Of a stretch of DNA of 64,000 nt, positions 58,636 to 64,000 are shown one piece after another (within the stretch, counting starts at the first letter, position 1; every line of letters starts with the position of its first letter). A program made the position numbers and the translations under genes. The stretch is taken from contig CAWGXL010000011.1 of assembly GCA_963826535.1 (NCBI GenBank), forward strand, positions 320,809 to 384,808, in the 5' to 3' direction. Under the pieces are notes generated by a model. It was not told the origin of the DNA, did no database searches, and saw only the letters and a program-made list of their open reading frames with translations. Source of the DNA: an uncultured bacterium. GTDB taxonomy: Bacteria; Patescibacteriota; Microgenomatia; Levybacterales; UBA12049.

Positions 58636-59826
58636 ATGCGTAGTTTTTATTACCTTATCCTTTTTATAATTCTTGGTACTGCGTTGTATTTCCCTATTTT
58701 CTCTGTTGGATTTATAGGCGATGATGTGCCTCAATTAGTAAAATTTAAATATTTTCATAACCTTGACGCGGTTACAGATATTTTTTTCAAGGTCATTGCT
58801 ACTCCTACCGGACATCACAACAGTTTGCTCGGTTTCTTTTATCGTCCTCTTACGTTCTCAGTTTATACACTTTTATATTATTACACTCAGGCCAACCCAT
58901 TTTACTTCCATGTATTGCAATTTTCTCTTTTTATTACGGCTACATATCTTTTGTTCCTGTTTTTCAAAACATTTTATTCGACGCGGCTTTCACTTGGACT
59001 CGCAGCTGTTTTTTTAATTCATCCTGCCAATGCAGAACTGGTTGCGTATATTGCCGCGCTTGCCGATACAATGTGCCTTCTTTTTGGCATTGCCGCATTT
59101 AATATAATGGCCAGGACTAAAAGATCATCGCTTTTGGTAGTTATTCTTGTTTGCGCATTGTTACTACTTTCACTGCTGGCAAAGGAAGCCGGAATATTAT
59201 TCGTTATACTTGCCGGAATATATGCAATCAACATAAAAAAGTTAAAAAGTTATTGGTTGCCATTAATCATTACGGTGGGGGTGTATAGTGTATGCCGGAT
59301 AAATGCTGCGCAACATATTTTATTCACCACACTTAGTAATCCAATGGGCAATTTAAGCTTATTAGAGCGCATCTTACAAGCTCCACAATTCGCGTACGCA
59401 TTGATTCGAGAACTTATTATCCCGACGAGAATCGCATTAAAACCGGGTATGTTTCATGCTGATTTCACATTTAGTATATTTCCGTTAATAATGCTTTGTT
59501 TTTTCGTATTTGTAGCTGTTGTACTTTGGATACTGATAAAAAAGTATAATAAAAAAAGCGTTTCAACGTACTTATTTTTTCTATGCTGGATATTTGTGGG
59601 CATCTTGCTTTATGTCCATATTATTCCTCTAGAGGTGTTGTTTGCCGACAGGTGGTTATATGTAGCAGAAATAGGATTGCTAGGAGCGATTGCGATTATA
59701 CTGAAAACGTTTCCGCTAAATAGAAACAAATGGTTAAGATTGTGTGGTGTACTTATTGGAATTGTGGTGTTACTTTATGCAGTAGAGACGATGGTTATTA
59801 ATTTTAAGTGGGCGGAGTGGCACTGA
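58636..59826 (+). CDS. GT-C fold membrane glycosyltransferase (TMTC/PMT-like)
   Basis: GFIGDD, FYRPL, HP...E.V, LLAKE, ADRWLY; about 11 TM segments. Confidence 0.7.
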   Translation: MRSFYYLILFIILGTALYFPIFSVGFIGDDVPQLVKFKYFHNLDAVTDIFFKVIATPTGHHNSLLGFFYRPLTFSVYTLLYYYTQANPFYFHVLQFSLFITATYLLFLFFKTFYSTRLSLGLAAVFLIHPANAELVAYIAALADTMCLLFGIAAFNIMARTKRSSLLVVILVCALLLLSLLAKEAGILFVILAGIYAINIKKLKSYWLPLIITVGVYSVCRINAAQHILFTTLSNPMGNLSLLERILQAPQFAYALIRELIIPTRIALKPGMFHADFTFSIFPLIMLCFFVFVAVVLWILIKKYNKKSVSTYLFFLCWIFVGILLYVHIIPLEVLFADRWLYVAEIGLLGAIAIILKTFPLNRNKWLRLCGVLIGIVVLLYAVETMVINFKWAEWH

Positions 59827-59870
59827 ACGCGCAGTTGAAGAAAGCCAGGGAAGGGGGTAAAATGATTAAT

Positions 59871-61196
59871 ATGGAAGAAAAACATTTTGAGTCGCTTTAT
59901 CCGGAGACAGCATTCTATTATGAGATAGACCGCTTGATGGTTAATTTGCGCGGCGGAAAATCGTGTCAGCTTTTGGGCTTGCCGGGAGTTGGGAGGTCCG
60001 ATGTATTGGAGCTTTTGGCTTACAATAAAAATATTCGTGAAAAACATTTGAAAGATAATAATAAATTTGTGCAATTTGTATTTGTGGATTTTTCGGAGAT
60101 CCGGAAGCGTTCGCTTTTTGACGCGATGAAATTTTTATTTTTGAGCCTGGCGGATTCACTCAGGGACAGAGGATTAATGGAAGAGTATGGACAGGTGAAT
60201 GAAGCCTTGCGCGAGGCACTGAGCTTCCATGATGAGCTGGTGTTATTTCAAGAATTAAAAACAGTTGTTGATTATTTGGCACTCCAAAAAAAGCTGACTT
60301 TGGTATTTCTATTTAACCGATTTGAGGATTATATCCCGTCTGTTACCAGTGAGTTTTTCAGCAATTTGCGTATACTGCGCAACCGGGCAAAGTATAGGTT
60401 TTCTATTATATTTTCAACAAGCAGACCGCTTGAGGAGCTTTTGGACCCGATGCTTCTGGCGGATTATTATGAATTTGTGGCGGGAAATTTGGTGTATATA
60501 AGATTTTACGATGAAGTCGCGACTAATTTTTTGCTAACGTACCTTGAAAAATTGACGAAGAAGAAATTGAGCAAGGCGCAGCACACGGAAATATTGCGAT
60601 TGACCGGGGGGTATGCAAAGCTTGTCAGGTTGGCATTTGAGGCGTGTTTGGCGAATGAGCCAAAAGCGCAGGATCTAACAGATTTTCTTTTAGCACAGAA
60701 ACCTATTCAAGTGGCTTTAACGGAAATTTGGCTCGCGCTAACACCGGCGGAACAATCAGATATTTTGCAGAATATTTTTGAAGATCCGGCTGTTGACAAG
60801 TATCTTGAGGAGTCGGGATTGGTTAAAGATAAGAAGTTAAAGCTACCGCTTTTCGCAAAATTTGTCGCGACACTTAATATTCAAACTAAATCAGATATAA
60901 AAATTGAATATGATGAGAATACAAATTCTATACGCCGCGGGAAGGCTGTACTTTCGGATAGCCTTACTTCATCGGAATTCCGGCTGTTGCGATATTTGTT
61001 ACAAAATCAGGAGCGGGTAATTGAACGGGATGCGCTTATTGCTATTGTTTGGCAGGGGGTTAAGTCAACTGCGGGGATAACGGATCAGGCGGTTGATCAG
61101 TTGATTTTCCGTTTGAGGAGAAAAATTGAAGAGGATCCTAATAAGCCGGTATATCTTCAGACTGTGAAGGGGAGAGGGTTTAAGTTTGCTTCGTAA
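59871..61196 (+). CDS. Degenerate P-loop (STAND-like) domain plus OmpR-type winged-helix regulator, paralog of 35334-36641
   Basis: GLPGVGRS, F.RF, FFSNLR.LR; LTSSEFRLL..RDALI..VW..DQLIFRLRRKIE..TVKGRGF. Confidence 0.72.
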   Translation: MEEKHFESLYPETAFYYEIDRLMVNLRGGKSCQLLGLPGVGRSDVLELLAYNKNIREKHLKDNNKFVQFVFVDFSEIRKRSLFDAMKFLFLSLADSLRDRGLMEEYGQVNEALREALSFHDELVLFQELKTVVDYLALQKKLTLVFLFNRFEDYIPSVTSEFFSNLRILRNRAKYRFSIIFSTSRPLEELLDPMLLADYYEFVAGNLVYIRFYDEVATNFLLTYLEKLTKKKLSKAQHTEILRLTGGYAKLVRLAFEACLANEPKAQDLTDFLLAQKPIQVALTEIWLALTPAEQSDILQNIFEDPAVDKYLEESGLVKDKKLKLPLFAKFVATLNIQTKSDIKIEYDENTNSIRRGKAVLSDSLTSSEFRLLRYLLQNQERVIERDALIAIVWQGVKSTAGITDQAVDQLIFRLRRKIEEDPNKPVYLQTVKGRGFKFAS

Positions 61197-61308
61197 ATAA
61201 GTTGAAAAAAGAAAATATAATACTTTTGTAATCTTCTTGTTACCTCAATATAAAGCTACTTTGAATTGCCAGTGATAGACTGGCGGGGATATGAACAATC
61301 AAGTTGAA

Positions 61309-61338
61309 TTGACACCACTTAGCGCGAAAAGCTATCAT
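61309..61338 (+). promoter_or_regulatory. Sigma70 promoter, probably leaderless
   Basis: TTGACA-N18-TATCAT, 6 nt upstream of ATG 61345. Confidence 0.6.
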
Positions 61339-61344
61339 GGAAAT

Positions 61345-64000
61345 ATGACAGACAGTAATACAGCTGAGAAGCTACAGGGGCAAGTTTCTGCGAAGGCAGC
61401 AGAAACGAAACCGGAGACACCTGTTGTAGATAAGACTGCTAAAGATTCACCTATTTTCCGAGTGGTGACAGATAAAACGGAGGTTGAAGAGGATAAGAAG
61501 CGTTTTGAGCAGCGTAAGTCTAATACCGTGGAAAAAAAAGAGAAAAGAAAAAGAGGAATTGGTAGTAAGTCGAATTCCACAGATGGCGCGGAGAGAGATT
61601 ATTGCGGAGCAAAAAAATCATAAAGAGGAGGGCAGCGGAGGTATTTTGGCGGCGTTTTTGGAGTTTTTGATTAATTTATTAGGGGGGGAAAATAAGGAAG
61701 ATTTGGAGACGAGAATTGAGAATTCTGAGGCTATGAAAGGGCTTTTGGCATATTGGAGTTTAAGGCCACAGAATAAATGGAATGCTACGGATTATGCGAG
61801 AGTAATTGAAATGCTTACACCGGATACATCAAACGAGGCGGCTATTATTAAAGTTAATCTTAAGAAGGAAGCAGCGTCGAAAGGAATTAGTGAGGTATTT
61901 AGTGCGCGAGCACAGCTTGAGTCTGAGTCTCTTGAGACAAAGCGGAAAGCAGGGGGCGTAAAGCGAAGTCCAGAGGGGGAAGCGAAGCATATGGCGATTC
62001 AGATGAATTATGAACTGTGGAAAGATATGGCGCGGAAGAATGAGCTGTCCAGATTAAGTGCAGAAGAATTGGCGGAATTTAATAAGCAGTTAAAAAAAAT
62101 TATATCCAGGGGCGGGGGCGCGACTGAAGATTTGGACAAAATAGCATATTTGTTTAATGGCTTGTCTATAGAGTTTGGAAAAGACAGACCGCTTATGAGA
62201 GCAAAAATGAGTTCAGAAGGAAATGGGTCTATAAGACTTGCTACTTCTGATGGCGTTACAGTAGATGATGGATTGAAAGGAAAAGGCGATAGCGATAGTA
62301 ATAGAGGCGGCGGCAAGGGTAAGCCACCAGGCAGCGGTCCAGGAGGCGGAGACGGAGATGATCCTCAGTGGCAGCAGGTAAAACTGTTGAAAGAACAGAT
62401 TGGATATCAGAAGCAAAGCGTGGACCTTCTGGCTCATGCGGTTGGCGTTTTAGAGCAGATAAGTAAAAAGATAGACGGGATAACTGTGCTTATGAGCAAG
62501 GATCCGTATGATACAGCGTTAAGGGAACAGCTTATTCTTTATAGTAAGCGACAGGCTGAGGCGACGGAGCATATGGAACAAATGATGGGAAGAGAGCGTA
62601 CGGGGGAGACAACTGAAAGTGTTTTGATGGAGAAGATGGCAGGGATTAGGTATTTGATTGAGATGCGTAATAATCCCAATAATCCCGATCTGAATCCTAA
62701 TCAGCCAGGGATTGATAAGTATGAGCAAGATTTTCGCATAGGCATGAAGTTGCTTTATCAGAAGTTGGAAAAGGAGTCTCGTGAGAGCGGTATTGATATA
62801 AGCATACTTGTGGCTCAGGAGGAAAGCAAGCATTTTGAGGAATTAAAGCGGTGGATGGCAGTTATAATAAAAAATTCACAACATAATTCTCACAATGATA
62901 ATCCCGGATTGTTTTTGCCGAAGGATAAATACAATACTTTTAAAGGTTTACTTGAAATGCCGTCGGATATTTATGATTCCGCATATGGTATGGATATTAG
63001 GAAGTATGAAGGAGCGTTGGAGGGTGCAGTAACTAAATTGGAGGAGCAAAAACTTCCCCGTTATTTTAGAGGGGTTGAATATTCTCAGGGTTTGGGGAAA
63101 GAAGTGGATGGTATACCAAATAATTTGGAGGAAACTGTGCAACTGATTATCAGGACCTGGCCTATTGAAAACTATGCACCAGGGCAAGAGTTTGAGATAT
63201 TTAATAAGAAGGGCGAGTTTCAAATGAAAAATTTTAAATACTGGATGGAGGTGCGTATGCGGGAGAAGTCTCTTGAGTATCCCCAGTCTCAGATTGATCC
63301 ATTGAACATGATTCAAGTTAATGCAGGATTGTTAAACCTTAATTTGGCACAGATACTATCAGTGCCCCAGTATACACAACATAGTGAGGTTGTGATCAGT
63401 GGAGACGCATCAAATGAACTAAATTTGGAAAAAACGGTTAAGGCGCATTTGGGAGACGGAAAAGTGCATCCGCATCTTAATTTTGACAGAAGGATTGATT
63501 TGATAGTCGAATCCTGGCTACATGGCGTGGTACATAATGCCTGGGTGGGGCTACATAGTTTTGAGGCAAAAAATACAGCCGGTGGCTGGATTCAAGCATT
63601 GGGTGGGGTTCTCAATGAAAATAATTTATTTAGAGGTGATCATTGGTGGAGATTGCTTAAGACGGCATCACTTAAAGGAAATGAAGTAGAGAATTATTAT
63701 GACAAGGGAGAGCAGGGAAGCTTGGGTTTGGGGAGGAGTAGCATGATGTTGGCATTTCAACATTTGACCGAGTTTTCGGAGTATTACACGAAGCTGAACG
63801 GTCACGGAAAAGCTATTGGAGTTCGACCAGTGGAGGGGAACGGAGAGAACGGGAATATGTTTTATTCTGTTTTGGAATATAACGGGTCAAGTGTGTTTCT
63901 GCAGGGAGTTGCCGAAGGCGCGTTGAATTATGGGAATGCCGCGGAACGGGGTCAATCAATGGAGGAGGCTTTTTCAGGAGCGACTATTAAAGAACACTAT
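61345..64000 (+). CDS. Large orphan protein, frameshifted at A8 (61532-61539), 3'-partial
   Basis: Frame 1 from ATG 61345 stops at 61623. The +1 frame reads with no stop from ~61553 to 64000 (ATG 61583, 806 codons; read by hand). Missing from the ORF track because it has no stop in the window. Confidence 0.75.

Noticed and set aside
61533-61540. Programmed -1 frameshift at AAAAAAG
   Set aside because: Joining the two frames needs +1 (or -2), not -1.
62008-63316. Minus-strand ORFs in the last 2 kb
   Set aside because: Shadows of the long plus-strand frame that is open to 64000.
1-64000. tRNA/rRNA genes or an alternative genetic code
   Set aside because: No cloverleaf or rRNA signature was seen by eye (tRNAscan/Infernal not run). 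TGA ends conserved genes such as livG and comM at the expected positions, consistent with code 11.

Overview
Chromosomal origin region of a low-GC, streamlined bacterium. Gene content points to Patescibacteria/CPR, probably Microgenomates; this is inferred, not from a search. In order, the window contains: (1) the end of a branched-chain amino acid-type ABC locus with four divergent binding proteins plus livG/livF; (2) rpoD and dnaG, split by an ~11.7 kb type IV pilus island (two major pilins, histidine kinase, single-domain response regulator, pilB, pilC, five minor pilins, four of them ending in LamG domains); (3) vapBC, comM and a P-type ATPase; (4) ruvC-alaX-ruvA-[four-helix-bundle gene]-ruvB; (5) rplY, valS, an AbiEii toxin-antitoxin pair, pgk, a eukaryote-type hexokinase, TerC and DUF4012 genes; (6) the jag-yidC-yidD-rnpA-rpmH / dnaA-oriC-dnaN core; (7) a T4SS-like cluster (hydrolase, VirB4, PrgI, TraX, three VirB2-like pilins, GT-C glycosyltransferase); (8) a frameshifted orphan ORF of more than 800 aa running off the right edge. 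The strongest candidates for undescribed systems are the modular LamG-tipped minor-pilin array with evidence of domain swapping, and the four-helix-bundle gene enclosed by inverted heptamer-repeat arms between ruvA and ruvB. A vestigial livF N-terminus also suggests cassette-like accretion of binding-protein genes. No rRNA, tRNA, CRISPR array, integrase, transposase or reverse transcriptase was seen. All alignments and counts were done by eye.
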